A DNA stretch of 64,000 nt, from NCBI RefSeq assembly GCF_009834535.1, contig NC_045697.1, forward strand, positions 77,440,001 through 77,504,000. The letters run 5' to 3'. Origin of the DNA: Camelus ferus (taxonomy: Eukaryota). This document shows positions 28,341 through 43,149 of this stretch, piece after piece. Position 1 is the first letter of the stretch, and each line of letters opens with the position of its first letter. Both the position numbers and the translations under genes were made by a program. The notes below the pieces were generated by a model. The model searched no databases. It was not told the origin of the DNA and saw only the letters and a program-made list of their open reading frames with translations.

Positions 28341-29121
28341 CATTATATAGGATGCAATGTATTATAGAATTACATATAAATTATCCAGGTGATGGAATTA
28401 TAGGAATCCATTGAAAGAGACCCACTTCCTAATTAGTTCCTGGAACATGGACAGATGCAGAGAATCCAGCCTTTTGGTGAGATGCCTAAAACAATGTTTC
28501 TTGAAGTGGGTTCCTTGACAGAGCTGAACTACAAGATGCTAAACAATAAGAGTTCCTGGTAAATTCATTTCGGAGTAAGCATGATGCTTAAAAGCTAGTA
28601 TCTGTGATCAGAAAGACATAGCTTGAAATCCCCACCTGGTTAATTATTGGGCATGTGACTTGTGGCAAGTTAATAGCTCTAAACTTCAGTTTCTTCTTCT
28701 GTAAAATGAAGATGCCAGAGCACCTACCTCCTAATGTTACCCAGTTGAATGAAATAATGCATTTAATGTGCTATTCCAGAAAACACTCAAGATGTTGACT
28801 GTTACTATTCTGAAGATATTCACCACCTACCTTCTTGGAGAATCAAAATGCATAATAGCATGTCAAAGATTTTGAGCCCTTCTGATGAAAAGAACAAGTT
28901 TAATTTTGTAGAACTCGCCAGCATCAATTACTGTCCTGAGGACCTGGTAATAGATCCTCTTTAGCTTGCTAAGGAGAACGTGGTTGAGGGTCAGGAAGGG
29001 GCTATTTTCTGCTCTGGATGACACATGTCTACCACCACTCAGGGACTAGGGTGGCAACTCTCATTCACATTTTTCAGGAAGCAACACTGAGCCCCAGAGC
29101 TTTCCCTACAGATTAAGATTT

Positions 29122-29636
29122 TGTAACCAAGCAGGACCCCACGGGACCTCCCAGGGTTGAGGGTAGGGGGGTAGGGGGAAAAGACCCCTCCCCCATATCC
29201 TCTGCTTTAGCTCCTCTCTGAAGGAGGTAGATAGCAGTATCTGATGCACATTTCCTGAGTTGTTTCACAGTTCCTAAAACTCCCACCAAATGGAAGAAGT
29301 TAACTACTTGGTGACCATGAGCACGAAGCCCCCAGACCTACTGGCACCTAAGAATTGATCAGTGTTAACCCCTGTGACACTGCCCTGTTACCTCACCATC
29401 AACCAGAGAATTGTGCATGAGCTGATCACAGACCCGGGGACATCCTTCCCTCAACTTCCTTTAAAAAATGCTTTGCTGAAACCCATCTGGGAGTTCGGGC
29501 TTTTGAGCACTAGCTGTCCCAGAGTCCTTGTGCGGAGCCCTATGATAAATGCTGCACTTTCCTTCACCACAACCCAGTGTTAGTAGATTGGCTTTACTGC
29601 AAGTGGGTGAGTGGACCAAAGTTTGGTTCAGTAACA
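29122..29636 (+). mobile_element. ERV1-class solo LTR
   Basis: TGTAACC...GGTTCAGTAACA termini, exact 4-bp TSD ATTT, TTTAAAA and ATAAA elements. Confidence 0.85.
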
Positions 29637-32600
29637 ATTTAAGTTCCTATCTCCTGGCTCATCTTTCTGGATGTATTATTTCTGAATCACCTGGCTTCTC
29701 TCTCACCTACCCTGAATTTTACACTAGTGAGTCAACTGAGAAGAAAGCTGGAATTGCCCAGAAGGTAAATGTGTTGGCTTTTTAAGTCCTGTCATTGAAA
29801 AAAGGAGATGAGGATAGTCTTTTAGAGCAAAATAAAACTTTCTGCATGTAATAAAATCCAGATACCATTCAAGTCATCCCCCTTGGGAGGCAGGAATAGG
29901 TGGCCCCTATCAGGGGCCTGCGGTAGGAGCAGATGCGGAGGTGTCAGGCTTTCCTGTACTGGGCCCATCAGTTTGAGTCTATATTCCTTTCTCATGGTAT
30001 CCTGAATTCAGAGGGTCCAGAGCTCCGTTTTCTCTCTCTTTGCCCTGTGAGCCTTCTTCAGTCTGTCTCCAGATTCAGAGCAGGGAACCCGAGGTGGTGA
30101 GGGCAGGTGGTAGTGAAGGCCTGAGAGAAGACTAAGATGTCTTGTTAATCTGGTTGCCAGTATCGTTTATGTGGTAACTAGATCCCAAGAGCTTTTGCCC
30201 CCAAGGCCCGAAGAAGACAATTTTTCTTCTCACTTACCTGTGTGGGGGTCACTCTCCCAGACTCAGAGCAGATGAGGAGATGCTGGTTGTGAAATATTCT
30301 GTTTCTGCCACCCCACCCGCCGCTTCAGTCAAAGCCTGCTTTTCATAATTGCCCTCTGTGCCACAGAGGCCTGGGTTCTTTGCAGTCACTAATAGGAACC
30401 TTCAATGTGCTCCAAACGTTCTGGGCTCCTTTCTAATTCCTCAAGATCCCCTGCGAATCCCCAGGTTGAGAAGTCAGAGGTTCCAGTTGATTTGCTTGAC
30501 TTGTTTGCTGTCTTTGGGTCCGTACTCCTTAGAAGTGGTTTGATTTTCTGGGCACGTCCCTCTCACCGAACTGCACCCAAAACAAATGCTGTAGGTTTTG
30601 ACATAGGAAAGTCTAGCTGTTCAAACATGCACACCCTGCTGACATTCAAATCCACTGATTGTACCACACACTGGTGTGTGTAGTCTTTGACAGGTCTGAA
30701 AAAACACTAACGTACTTACCATTTCTAGCGGTAGTACAGACTAATGACTTTCACCAGGCTTAATTCTCAGTCTTTCATTTTCTTTTATATCATATTATTG
30801 TTCATTTTCACATATACTTAGCCCAGCCCTGGTTTACACAAAGTGATGCTGACATTGTAGGAACAATGTTTTGATGGAAGTGGAGTTAAAATCAGTTATA
30901 GAAGTAAAATGAAGATTGTAAGGTCTTGACACATAACAACCCAGACCAAGGGAGAAAAGAGTAGTGAACTGGGAGGAGAGTATCTGGGTTCGAATTCCAA
31001 CTCTACCACCAACTCTCGGTGGGACTTTGGAGCATCACTGAATTTCCTCATCTGAACTAGAGCTATTATTTCCAAATCCACCAAGATATAAGAATCACCT
31101 GGATTGTCTAGTCAAAAAACAGATTCATAGTCCTCAGCCCAGCCTTACTGAATTGGAATCTCCAGGGAAGGGATCTGTAAAAGATGCACAAACACACAGC
31201 ACCCTGTGTGATTCTTTTGAACCAACGATTTTGGGAAAAACTGAACTAGGTAATGACTAGGGTATTCCAGTTTTAAGAGGCTATGATGAAACTCTGGATG
31301 CTACAACATGAGTGAGTGAGAAAATCTGAAGATAAAATGTATTAGTGATTCATACTTAATATTTCTATAAAGATTTGGTTTTTTTGAAAATCTATTGAAG
31401 TTAATGCTATGGTTTGTGTTTTATGGATCTAAGTATTTTTCAAATTTCTCTTCTCTTTGACTCATTGACTATAATATCTGGCCTATCTAGCCCATGGTAT
31501 TATATTAAGGATAAATGAGATCAGGATGTGAAAGTTTGCTGTTATTATTATTGTTGTTGTTGTTGTTTAGTAAAATAACTGCCATAGGATAGATTCTGAT
31601 TTTAGAATTTGATAGATCTGCTAGTGTCTGTGGCTTTGTTCTTATTGGTAAAGAGCCCAGGTGAATAAGCAAAATACAGTAATTTCTTCCTTCATTTATT
31701 AATTAATAAAATATTTGGGGTACTCATCATGTACAAAGCAATATGTTGTGTACTGTCTGAAATGTTTAGAGTGCCTTTCCTTTTCCCTTTTTTAACCTGG
31801 AAACTTCCCATTTAGTAATGATTTGGAATGAATCAAATATTTTATTGGTTTCATCAATGTATCAGTGCATTAGAAAATTAAATATGTGTTGAGCACATAT
31901 ATTCAATTTCTATAGAATGTATGATACCCATTTCAAAGAAAGGTCTCCTGGCAATAAATCCACAGGCCAGCAGCAATCTGTAGCCCACAAGTTAGTAGCT
32001 ACCTGTTTAGGGTGTCTGTTCCTCTGCCTTCCTTTTCTCCCTGGTACACTGCTATAGGAGAAATGAGTTATAGCAACACTCTAGTCCATGGGTTCAAATC
32101 TGAATGTTGGCACAACCCCACACAGTGAGACCTTGGTTGTGGGAATAAGCAATGGTAAATTTTATTTGTGTTGTGCCTCACAAAGTACTTCCATACCTCT
32201 AATTTCATTTTCTTTCCCCAATAGTGCTCTGATACGGGCTGGGGAGGTCCTGTGAGATGTCCAAGAAACTAGTGGAGCCAAGACCGGAAACCAAGCCTCC
32301 TGGCTCTCTGTTTAATGCCTCTTCCATTTCTTCTATGACACCCCTGATTCTACAGTTAGAATGGCAATGGAGAATGGGCTGTCCTACATGCCTGTGCAGG
32401 GGGTCTTGGGTTGTGGAAAAGACACCGGAAGAGTGATTTGAGCTAATTCTCTTCTACATTTATGCTGGTGCCTATTTCATACTCTCACAGTCTTACATTT
32501 CCCCCTTCCTCTTCCATCTCTATTCCAGTAGATCCTCTGAAGTGGAGCTAATGTTTTCTGACTCTAGAACATAATCCCTGAGTAAGAGGATATTAGTCCA

Positions 32601-33067
32601 TCGTCTTTTTAAATCCTTAGAAGAGTAAACACATTCAGTGTGTCACATTAAAATATTAAAGTTTAATGTTAAAACAGAATGGAGTAAGCCCAACAGGGCA
32701 GTGAGAATATGTAGGACTTCTCCGACCCCCCACTCATCCCAGTGGTTAACTGGAACAGTTATCGAAAGGCACAGTGGCAGAGGCCTCCTCACCCTCAGTC
32801 AGTAAAGACCAAGGAAACTAACCTGGCTGCAGGGATGAAACTGTCCACTGATATCGATCGTCTTAGAACATCAAAGGCAAGCTCTGTGTGGAGCTGGCCT
32901 GTGCTGAGGTTTCCAAAGAGAGATATCAGGTTCCCAAGCAGGTGTTGAGTACTTGGGAGTCAGAGTGGGTAGGTGGCCATCACCTGGAACAGGACAGGAC
33001 CCCAGGTATAGGGTTAGGATACAGGGCAAGGCCCTGCAGGAATCAAGAAATTCAGTGAGGTCCGCCA

Positions 33068-33218
33068 CTCAGATTTGGCAAATAAAAATACAGGGCACTT
33101 GACTACTTGAATTTTGAATTTCAGGTAAACAGTGAACAATATTTTAGTGTAAGGATGTCCCATGCAATACATATGCAATTCAGATTTAATCAGGAGTCCT
33201 ATATTTTACGTGGCAATG
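33068..33218. mobile_element. MER53 palindromic MITE (internally deleted)
   Basis: CAGATTTGGCAAATAAAAATACAGG...TGAATTTCAG...TCCTATATTTT. Confidence 0.75.
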
Positions 33219-33464
33219 CAAACAGGGACAAAATATTTCAGCGCTTTCATGGACAGCATTTCGATTTTTCCTGCTTCTACTTAAGACCTCTAGTTTTCAC
33301 CATCTTCTGTCACTATGCTGGAGGCTCTGTTCATAAGGTAAGACTAGGGGAGGTGGAAATCCATTTCCAAAATGATAATATCTGTAATTTTACTTCTGAT
33401 TTACATAGTTAAATTTTACATTCATACAGTCTCTCTCTGCAATAGGATACAGTAGGTGGTTTCT

Positions 33465-33740
33465 TTTTTTTTTTTAAATTGAATTATAGTCGGTTTACAA
33501 TGTTGTGTTAATTTCTGGTGTACAGCACAGTGATTCATTTATATATACATATATACATCCCTTTCATATTCTTTTTCATTATACACCATTACAAGGTATT
33601 GAATATAGTTCTCTATGCTATACAGTAGAACCTTGCTGTTTATCTATTCTATATATAGTAGTTAGTATCTGCAAATCTCGATCTCCCAATTTATTCCTCC
33701 CTGTCCCGTTTTCCCTCGGTAACCATAAGTTTGTTTTCTT
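33465..33740 (-). mobile_element. Artiodactyl-type L1 3' end
   Basis: Poly-T, TTTACAATGTTGTGTTAATTTCTGGTGTACAGC...GGTAACCATAAGTTTGTTTTC. Confidence 0.88.
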
Positions 33741-34009
33741 TTTGAACATGAAATAACACTTTATAGATAAGCTAGAAAGTGTCTTTCTCTTCAAATAGTT
33801 ATTTTTTCATAATCTGGCATTGTTCATCTCCTACAATCAATTTGTGGAGAAAATGATTTACAAAATTAATTGTGAACCTCTACAGGAACTCTTTATTCTC
33901 TACACAATGTTATTTATTTAAAATGTAAAAGCAAGACTTAAAAATTAATTCTGCTTGTGCTGTTTGTCATAGGGAAGTGTTTTGTCTAAATCAGATAAAA
34001 CATCACTGA

Positions 34010-34279
<270 letters not shown>

Positions 34280-34559
34280 TGAACAGGCTGTCAAATATGA
34301 TACAGCAAATTCATGACATACAGTAAATGAAAATTACAATTCCAATGTGTGTCTGGCACATAGAAGTATTTATTTAATTTGCACCTGTGGTGTCATGTTA
34401 CTGAACCAGCTCTTGAATATGGCATTGATATTCAGAAGCCTCCAAAAGGAGAAAGTCAGGATGTCAATGTAATTTTGAAAATATGCAAGTTTATTAATAA
34501 ATAAGTGAGATCACCACGTTATGGTTAAAACAGATTACTTACATGATTATTTTCTACTC

Positions 34560-34790
34560 CTGTGGTTCTCAGCTGGGGGCAGTTTTGTCCCTCAGGGGGC
34601 ACTTGGCAATGTCCAGGAACATTTTTGGTTGTCACAACTAGATTGGGGAGAACAGAGGATGTGCTACTAGCGTCTAGTGGGCAGAGGCCAGGGATGCTGT
34701 TAAACATCCTACAACTTGTAAGACAGTCCCTCACAACAAGGAATTATCTGGCCCAAAAGGTCAATCATGCAGAGATTGAGAAACCCTGTT
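34560..34790 (+). mobile_element. MER20 hAT MITE
   Basis: GTGGTTCTCA...TTTTTGGTTGTCACAACT...GAGGCCAGGGATGCTG...TTGAGAAACCCTG. Confidence 0.9.
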
Positions 34791-35359
34791 TTATCTGTTT
34801 CAAATCTCTCATGGGTTTTCGTACCTGATATTTAGGAAGAAAAAAAAAAACTTTCCTTTTTCTTCTCAAGGTATTTGCACTCTGGAAAGGACTAGTAAAG
34901 CAGATGATAGATACAAAATACTTTGCTTCAAGCACATTCAAAAGATCTCTAATCTCTCTTTCTAATCAGTAGAACCCTTAAATGAGTCCCAGCAAAAATG
35001 TTCTCTCTATTCCAGGGAGATGGATTACAGAGAGCAGGTGACGAGAGAAACCTTAAGCATTTATTCTCAACACAGAGTGCCCACTGTTTGTTTTTTGTCT
35101 TGTTTTGTTTTTTTTAAACAAAGCCTTCTCCCTCCAGTTATTCTTAAAGCCGTCAATTAGGCGCTAATACTTGGCTAATTTCACTTTTAACAAAGATGGC
35201 TACTCATTCCTCTCCAGCCGTCTGTAGAACAGTTTTGAAATCTTGAGTTGAAGAATCTGGAGGGTTTCCTGTCAGGGAATAGGAAAAAAAACATTAAATA
35301 GCTGTGAATTTATGGCAAGTCATTAGGGAAGAATTGGCCTGAAGTCTAAAATCCACTGG

Positions 35360-35770
35360 TGTTAGTCCCTCCTTTGGGTTACAACATCGCTATGAAGGAC
35401 AACCCTTAAAAGGCAGTTTACCTGGGTGAACTGATACATTAGCGATGGGTTAAATGGACTGGTTAGATCATGTCCTGTGCGGTGCAGGATAGCACAGAGT
35501 CCTGAGACTGTTCGAGCTCTGCCCAGCTCCACATTCGATGATGTCAGGCTGGTCGCTGAAAACCCGCTGATTGTGGGAGTACTTCCATCACGGAAATCTG
35601 CCATGATGCAGATCGGGGCTTCCCCTCATCTCACAGACCCCCCCCCCCCCCCCCGCCCACCGAGAGGACCGGTGTATCTGTACACTCCGGAGTTAGGAGA
35701 TAACTAAGGTTTGGTTGCAATTGTAAACACTGCTCAGGAGGCATAAAAAACAGTCCTGCTATTGGAACCA
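35360..35770. mobile_element. Possible CpG-containing solo LTR with poly-C tract
   Basis: TG...CA with near-TSD CTGG/CAGG, GC/CpG-rich relative to flanks. Confidence 0.4.
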
Positions 35771-36303
35771 CAGGGTCATAGCCTGAGGACACTGAGGACT
35801 TGTAGAAAGTGGGGGTGGGGCTGGAGGGGGCGGAGCCAGAGAAAAGTGGGGTCCCTAGAGAGAAATCAATCTGCTTCAGGCCCCAATGCACAAACTCGAA
35901 GGGAGTCTTGCCAGAATTTGGCAAAGCTTGGAACTGGGTTCAGATAAGAATCTTGAAAATTCCTTTAGTAAATGGAATTGAAAAAACTGCCTTTAAGTTA
36001 CCATTAACATTCCACTGTTACTATTATTGAAACTACTAATATATTATGGCTGATTGCTTAATTTCAATAAGTATAGAATAAATTTTCATTTCAAAGCTGT
36101 GATATAAATACATGCCCAGAAGTATTCACATGGGAGGGTGAGCACTGCTGCGTCCAAACAATAGCACTGTATCTGTGAGGAGTTTATCATTTAAATAATT
36201 TTGGGAATGCACAAAAATGACAAGTACTTAAAAGAATAGAACTTGAGACATAACAATAAAAACAATTTTGTTGTGAATAGGAAAATATTAATAATAATTT
36301 TAA

Positions 36304-36501
<198 letters not shown>

Positions 36502-36869
36502 TAAATTCTGCTGGTTTTGGACATCAACATATATTTCAAAACCTGATGAAAATTCATGGAATCGTAACATTTTGAACTCAAGAGGACCTCCTCATTGAGA
36601 CCAAGGCCCTTATTTGTGGTACACAACACAGTTTTCAATAGGGTGGTTGCCTGGATTTGAACTCAGGCATGTTCCCCCTAACAATAGCACTCTTAACTAC
36701 CATGGTTTCCTGCTATAAAAGCGTAATTCTCCTTCTAACTTGAAATCACATGAAATTGCCGTAACAGGGCAATAAATGTTTGTTGAATTGAATTTTCATT
36801 CAAAATAGTCAAACTCGTCCTGTACAGACATCCAGGGACTTGTTGAAACACGGAGGGTCAGCCATTTAA

Positions 36870-37145
<276 letters not shown>

Positions 37146-37358
37146 TAAGTTTTGCTTTTGGTGTAAAATAAAACAATTGCTATCTGAAGTTTGTGGGATA
37201 AATTAATTTTACTTTTGTCGTCTAAACTGGTGTAGTGGTTTAGCACAGATTCTGGAGTCCAAAGGACTTGAGTTCAAGTCCCATATTTATTGTTTATTAG
37301 ATGAGTGACTTGGGCAGGGTACCTGACTTCTCTCATCCTCAGTTTCCTTTAATGTGGA

Positions 37359-37850
37359 TGTTGGAATGTTGGGGGAACGAAAAGTGCCCACCGATACTGA
37401 GAGGTATCTTGAGATGGAAAAACAAGGTAGGCGGCTCCACATAATCAATGGATCAGTTTATTACAGGGTAACTTATAGGGTGAGATCAGGCAGACAATGA
37501 TCTGGAAGAACTCGCAGCTGCACTCGGCATAGCCGAGGGGTCACTGGGACAATTTTACCGTTAACCGAGGGTATGGGGGTAAGTGCATTCCTCAGTCTAG
37601 ATTTTGTGAATGGGTAACTAGTCTTATGGGTGCTGGAAATACTTCAGTGAAGGTTTACATTATTGTTTGGGGACTACTGAGCACAGAGGTCACCATATCC
37701 TAATGATTGTTAAATAATATCTATTTACTACAAAGCCTTTGACGATTGAGAAGTGATTTACCACACAGTATAGTCCCAGGTAGGCTCAGTAGAAAGACAG
37801 CAGGAACTGAACGGGCCCAAGATGGCTTCAGTTAAGCCAACAGCCATACA
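37359..37850 (-). mobile_element. Solo LTR copy A, inserted into a MIR in intron 4
   Basis: TGTTGG...CAGCCATACA ends, minus-strand AATAAA; MIR halves on both sides; colinear with 39593-40061. Confidence 0.8.
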
Positions 37851-38307
37851 ATGGGGATAATAATAGTACCTACTTCTTGGGGTTATTGTGAAGATTTAGT
37901 AAAGAAATGCCAATAAAAATAATTAACAGAATATTTGGCATATAATAAAATTTTCACATGCTGGTTATAGTTATTCTTTTTGGATTTATTATATCATATG
38001 TTTTGTGAAGTGTCTGTCTTTCATTTGATTTGCTATCTTGCCAGCAACTGACTGTAGACTGGCAAGAGGCAGAAATTAGGCATATTAAATTGACAAAACC
38101 AGAAGTCTACTCTTATCCTGTTCTTATTTTCTTCCCTATTTTATTTTCATCACAAGTATGTGCTGAGTAGCAAAAGAATGAGGCAATGGATCTGGAGCTA
38201 GAAAATTATATCCTATTAATTCAGATTGTGGCTATATAAATAAAAATTTAAACTTAATATCTGTTTCTAACCCCAAATAAGAATCAGTTGAAAAGGTAGG
38301 TGATTAA

Positions 38308-38416
38308 GGGGAAGGTTACTAGCTCAGTAGTGGACTGCTTGCTTAGCATGCACGAGGGCCTGAGTTCACTCCCCAGTACCTCCATTGAAAAAAAAAAAAG
38401 AGAAAGAAAAAGAAAA
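38308..38416 (+). mobile_element. Vic-1-like SINE about 100 nt upstream of exon 5
   Basis: TAGCTCAGTAGT...GAGTTCACTCCCCAGTACCTCC + A-rich tail; TSD AAAAGGYAGGTGATTAA. Confidence 0.88.
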
Positions 38417-38473
38417 AAAAGGCAGGTGATTAAAATTCAGACAATAAATTGATATGAAGTGAAACTTTAATAA

Positions 38474-38794
<321 letters not shown>

Positions 38795-38799
38795 TAGAC

Positions 38800-39460
38800 A
38801 CTTAGTGTCTTGATTCCTCCCACTGCCTCACACCTAATTTCCAACCTACCACCAAATCCTTTCCATTCTACCTCCTAAATACATCTCAGATGTCTGTTTC
38901 CCTCCTCTACTGCCACCACCATGGTCCAAACAGCCAGCATATCTTGTCTGGCTTATTGTAGCAGCCACTTAATTAATCTTTCTGTTTTCTCCTCTTGCCT
39001 TTAAATAGGAACTCCTGATCTATTAACTCCCCTGCTTAAAATCCTTCAAAAGCTTTTCTTTTGCATTTAGATTGAAATTTATCATTTTACCAGTCCTATC
39101 AATAACTGGCCAACTTGAGCTAGCATCCTTTCCTCCCCTCACTGACTCTAACCCAGGTTTTCCAAGAGTTCCTCAGACATGCCAGGCTTCTTCATGCCTT
39201 TGGGATTTTGCAGTCACTGTCTCTCTGCCAGACTTCCTCTTCAGTCCTGAGCTTAAATGTCACGTCCTTGGATAGGTCGTCTGAGTAAAGTAGGCTCCTT
39301 CACCCCGCATTTGCCTTCCAGTATACCCCTCATTGAACTCATCAAATGGATAGTTACATATTACTTTGCTTTCTTTTTGATTTTCTCTCTCACTTGATTA
39401 TAAATGCCATGCAGGCAGGGATCATGTCTGATGGACTGACTGATTGAGTGAATGATGATT
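38800..39460 (+). mobile_element. L2 3' fragment
   Basis: CTACCTCCTAAAT..CTGCCACCACC..CCTGCTTAAAATCCTTCAA..TGAGTGAATGA. Confidence 0.75.
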
Positions 39461-39592
39461 TAAACCACCCTCTATTCAATGGTTATGATTTATTTATAAA
39501 GAACTTTAGATAACATTAGTAAAATGAATGGATTAAATGAATCTAGTCATGGTCCTAAATTTCTACTTTCAAATGTAGTCTTCTCTGAATTC

Positions 39593-40061
39593 TGTTGGAG
39601 GATGGAGGAACCAAAAAGTACCCACTGAACTGAGGAGGCATTATAAGATGGAAAAATGAGGCAGGTGGCCCCACATAATCAATGGATCAGTTTATTACAG
39701 GATAACCTACTCACAGGGCGGGATCGGGCAGACAGTGATTCGGAAGCACTCACAGCTGTACTCCACACTGCCGAGGGGCCATTGGGACCACTTTGTAGTT
39801 AACCGAGGGTATAGGGGTAGGGGGTAGAAACAGGATTTATCAGTGGGTAACTGGCCTTGGGTGCTGGGAATGTTAGGGAAGATTTTCATCATTGGGAACT
39901 AACAAGCATAGAGGCTACCTGGTCCTCATGATTGTTAACTAGAAAGCCCCTGATGACAGAGAAGTGATTCACTGTACAGCACAGTACTGAGGAGGGTCAG
40001 TGGAAGGACAGGAGAAACTGTCAGGGCCCAAGATGGTGTCCGTTATGTGAACAGCCATACA
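39593..40061 (-). mobile_element. Solo LTR copy B in intron 5
   Basis: TG...CA termini, exact 5-bp TSD AATTC (ERVL-like length); shares CCACATAATCAATGGATCAGTTTATTACAGG with copy A. Confidence 0.85.
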
Positions 40062-41001
40062 AATTCCTTTGCGTGTAATTTTTTTTAGGTAGGCTGCTTC
40101 CATATGGCTTATATCCCACATAAATGATGTCACAGTAACATCTGCCTTTATATAAACATTTTATTTTAAGAAGGCTTTAAGACATATTTAATTTTATCTG
40201 CAACTAGACTTGTGAGTTTCCAAAGCAAAGATGAAATTGTTTGTTTTCTTTTCTTCCTCATTGTTAGATGCCACTAGGTTTTGGTAATAGTGTGGGACAT
40301 GATGGGGACTATGAGTCCCTCCCACAATTAGTATATAAATGCGTTTGCATGTCACTCCTGACAAGAGCTGTGGAGACCAAACAGGAGAACTGGCTTGAGA
40401 TTGTCAAAGCGAGGTTAGAATCTAGGGGCAATTGGTATTGTTATTTCTTATATCCTCAGGCAAGTAACTAATAGTATAAATGCTTTTTACCTGATTTCTT
40501 TAAAAACTTAGATAGAAACTATATTTTAACTTGTGTAGTGCCTACTTTCAATGCAAGAAATGAGAAACTGCCAAGAATAAAATAAATTCCAAGAGGTGAA
40601 GCATTTGTTCAGATAAGTTGTTTTTTAAAAATTAACTTATTTGAATTTATAAAGCAAGAACTGTGGGAAACAATTCAGTTGTGGCTTGCAGCACAACATT
40701 AAAGAGCAACAACTTCGTGGCAAGACTATAAAATAGATGGTGACCATATTCCACACATAAAGGCAGTGAAGCTGATATACTGCCAGATACCTTCCAGGGG
40801 AAATTTTGACTCAAGCTCAAATACAACTCATTGTGCAAGTGGTGATGACTCACAACAAAATCAGAACCAACAACTACTGTGAATAAAGATTATTGAGTCT
40901 CATTCATAATAGTTATAGATATCATCATCATCATCATCATCGTCTCTTACATTTATATCTATCCTCATAGTTTCCAAAGTATTTTCATGGGCCTTATCTT
41001 A

Positions 41002-41168
41002 TTGTGTAGCACAGGGAACAATATTCAATTATTCAATATCTTGTAATATACCATAATGGAAAAGAAGATGGAAAGGAATATATATGTGTATATATATGTA
41101 TAACTGAATCATTTTGCTGTACACCAGAAACTAACACAACAGTGTAAACCAACTATACTTCAAAAAAA
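41002..41168 (+). mobile_element. 5'-truncated L1 3' end
   Basis: TAGCACAGGGAAC...GCTGTACACCAGAAACTAACACAAC...CTATACTTCAAAAAAA. Confidence 0.85.
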
Positions 41169-41251
41169 CAGTCCAGTCTCTTCATTTAATCAGTTCACAG
41201 GGCCCCCTTTTCATTTCTCAGCCTCCTCCCTCACCATTGTCTTTCCTCTTC

Positions 41252-41337
41252 TTTTTTTAAAAATGGTGGTACTGGGGATTGAACCCAGGACCTCATGCAT
41301 GCTAAGTTCACACTCTACCACTGAGCTGTACCCTCAC
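41252..41337 (-). mobile_element. Vic-1-like SINE (within L2-like sequence)
   Basis: GGTACTGGGGATTGAACCCAGGACCTCATGCATGCTAAG...TGAGCTGTACCC. Confidence 0.85.
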
Positions 41338-42109
41338 ACCTCTCTCCTCACTTTCTGCTTCACAGTATGAGCTGCAGCCATCCTCAAAGCTTTGATTTCC
41401 TCCAAAGAGGCACACTTGCTCTCTCCCCCAGCCTCTTGGCATGCTCAGGAACACTCTTTCTCCTTCTCTGCACTGACTTGCTCTTTTCATCCTCTTATAA
41501 ACGGCTCTGATGTCACCTCTTTCAGGAATACCTACCCTGACCTCCCTATGCTGAGCCTCAGTAGCTGTTCTCAGAGAACAGCAGACTTCCTCTGTCACAG
41601 GGCACTTACCATACCTTGCCGTAATTGTGTCTTCCTAAACTTCCGTAGTCCTATGAGGACAGAGAATATAACTCTCCATTGTAGTCCCAGTCCGGGGGAA
41701 CATTTAATAAACAATAGTTGGAAAAAAAAAGAATTAAAAAACACACTTTGGCACCCTCTCCCCTAAGTAATACCATGAGGAAAAATTTCTAAGGATATTT
41801 AGTATCTGAGTACACATTGCCTGCCTTACATGTTATGAGCCCTACCCTTGTGCTTGGCCAAAATGCTCCCTTTTGTGTATTATGAGTACATCCCAATGTT
41901 TTAAATCAATTTTCTCTGCAGCAGGTCTTTGCAGCTTAACTCTCACTACGCTCCAGAGCCTTTTTCTTATTTCTTTCAATTAACTGGTCTAGGTTTCAGG
42001 AAAAAGGTCTGGGCTAGAAGTAATAGATTTGGCAGAGACATGGGCTGCTGCATGTGCTGCAGGTAAAATAGGAAAATAGCCCAGGTTGTATTGCTCTTAG
42101 AAAGAATAG

Positions 42110-42300
42110 TAATGCTCTGGGCTTTTCCTACATTGTCTCATTTGATCTTCATAACAACCCTACAAATTAAGTGTGGTTATTAGTACCATTTTATAGATTA
42201 AAAAGCTGAGGTTCAGAGATGTCACAATTGCTTGTTCAAGGTCACACTGGGGCAGACTTGGGATCTGAACCCAGGCAGACTGACACCTTGCTGCCTCCCA
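42110..42300 (-). mobile_element. MIR SINE (representative; others near 6770, 11270, 25590, 28600, 44950, 57980, 59020)
   Basis: CTCATTTGATCTTCATAACAACCCT..CCATTTTATAGAT..CAAGGTCACAC..TGAACCCAGG core. Confidence 0.8.
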
Positions 42301-42663
42301 GCTACATTCTCACTATTGTCTATCATTTCATATCTTAGATTTGCCTTAATTGCTTTGGAAAAACTTGTAATTTGGCATCTTCTTGTCTATCCATGGCCTC
42401 CTGGTGATTAAAAGCTTCAGTTTGCACAGGTCATAGGCCAAAACTTTATTTCACTCTCTTCTAAAAAATGTTTTTCATTTCAGGAACTCAGAAAATCAAC
42501 TTTTCCCTCTCCCCCCACCTCCGGCCCCCGCCCCGGCCACCCCCCCACGTTCCTCCCCTGGCTACCTGAAAAGAGACACAGACTTGATCTCACGTTTTTG
42601 TTGGCAGGATTAAACTTATTAGGCAGCAGTGCTCCCCTGGCTGCCCTGACGCCCATACTATTA

Positions 42664-42975
42664 CTGTCGTCCTTCAGTATCTGTGGGGATATATTCTAGG
42701 ACTCTTGCCCAGCTAAAATCTGAGGATGCTCAAGTCCCTTATATAAACTAGTATAGTATTTGAATATTACCTAACATTGTCCTTTATACTTTAAATTGTC
42801 TCTGTATTGCTTTAATACCTAACACAATGTAAATACTAAGTAAATAGTTGCTGACACAAGGTAAATTCAAATTTTGCTTCTTGGAACTTCCTGGGTATTT
42901 TTTTTAAAGCATATTTTCCATCCATGGTTGGTTGAATCTGTAGATGTGGAACTCATGGATACAAAAGGCAGACTG
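42664..42975 (+). mobile_element. MER2B-like Tigger MITE
   Basis: GGATGCTCAAGTCCCTTATATAA, GGTTGGTTGAATC; TA flanks. Confidence 0.88.
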
Positions 42976-43149
42976 TATATGAATCTCACAGCCAGAGAGG
43001 GAACTTCTCTGCATACAATATTAATGACATTATTTCAAGCTCAACTTCTGGGGATTTTGCAACGAGTTTAACTGCTCACACAGATGTTCTTTTGTAAAAG
43101 GTGCAAATAATTTGCTTTCTTCTGTAATTCTTTAAAATGTAGATTCTGA

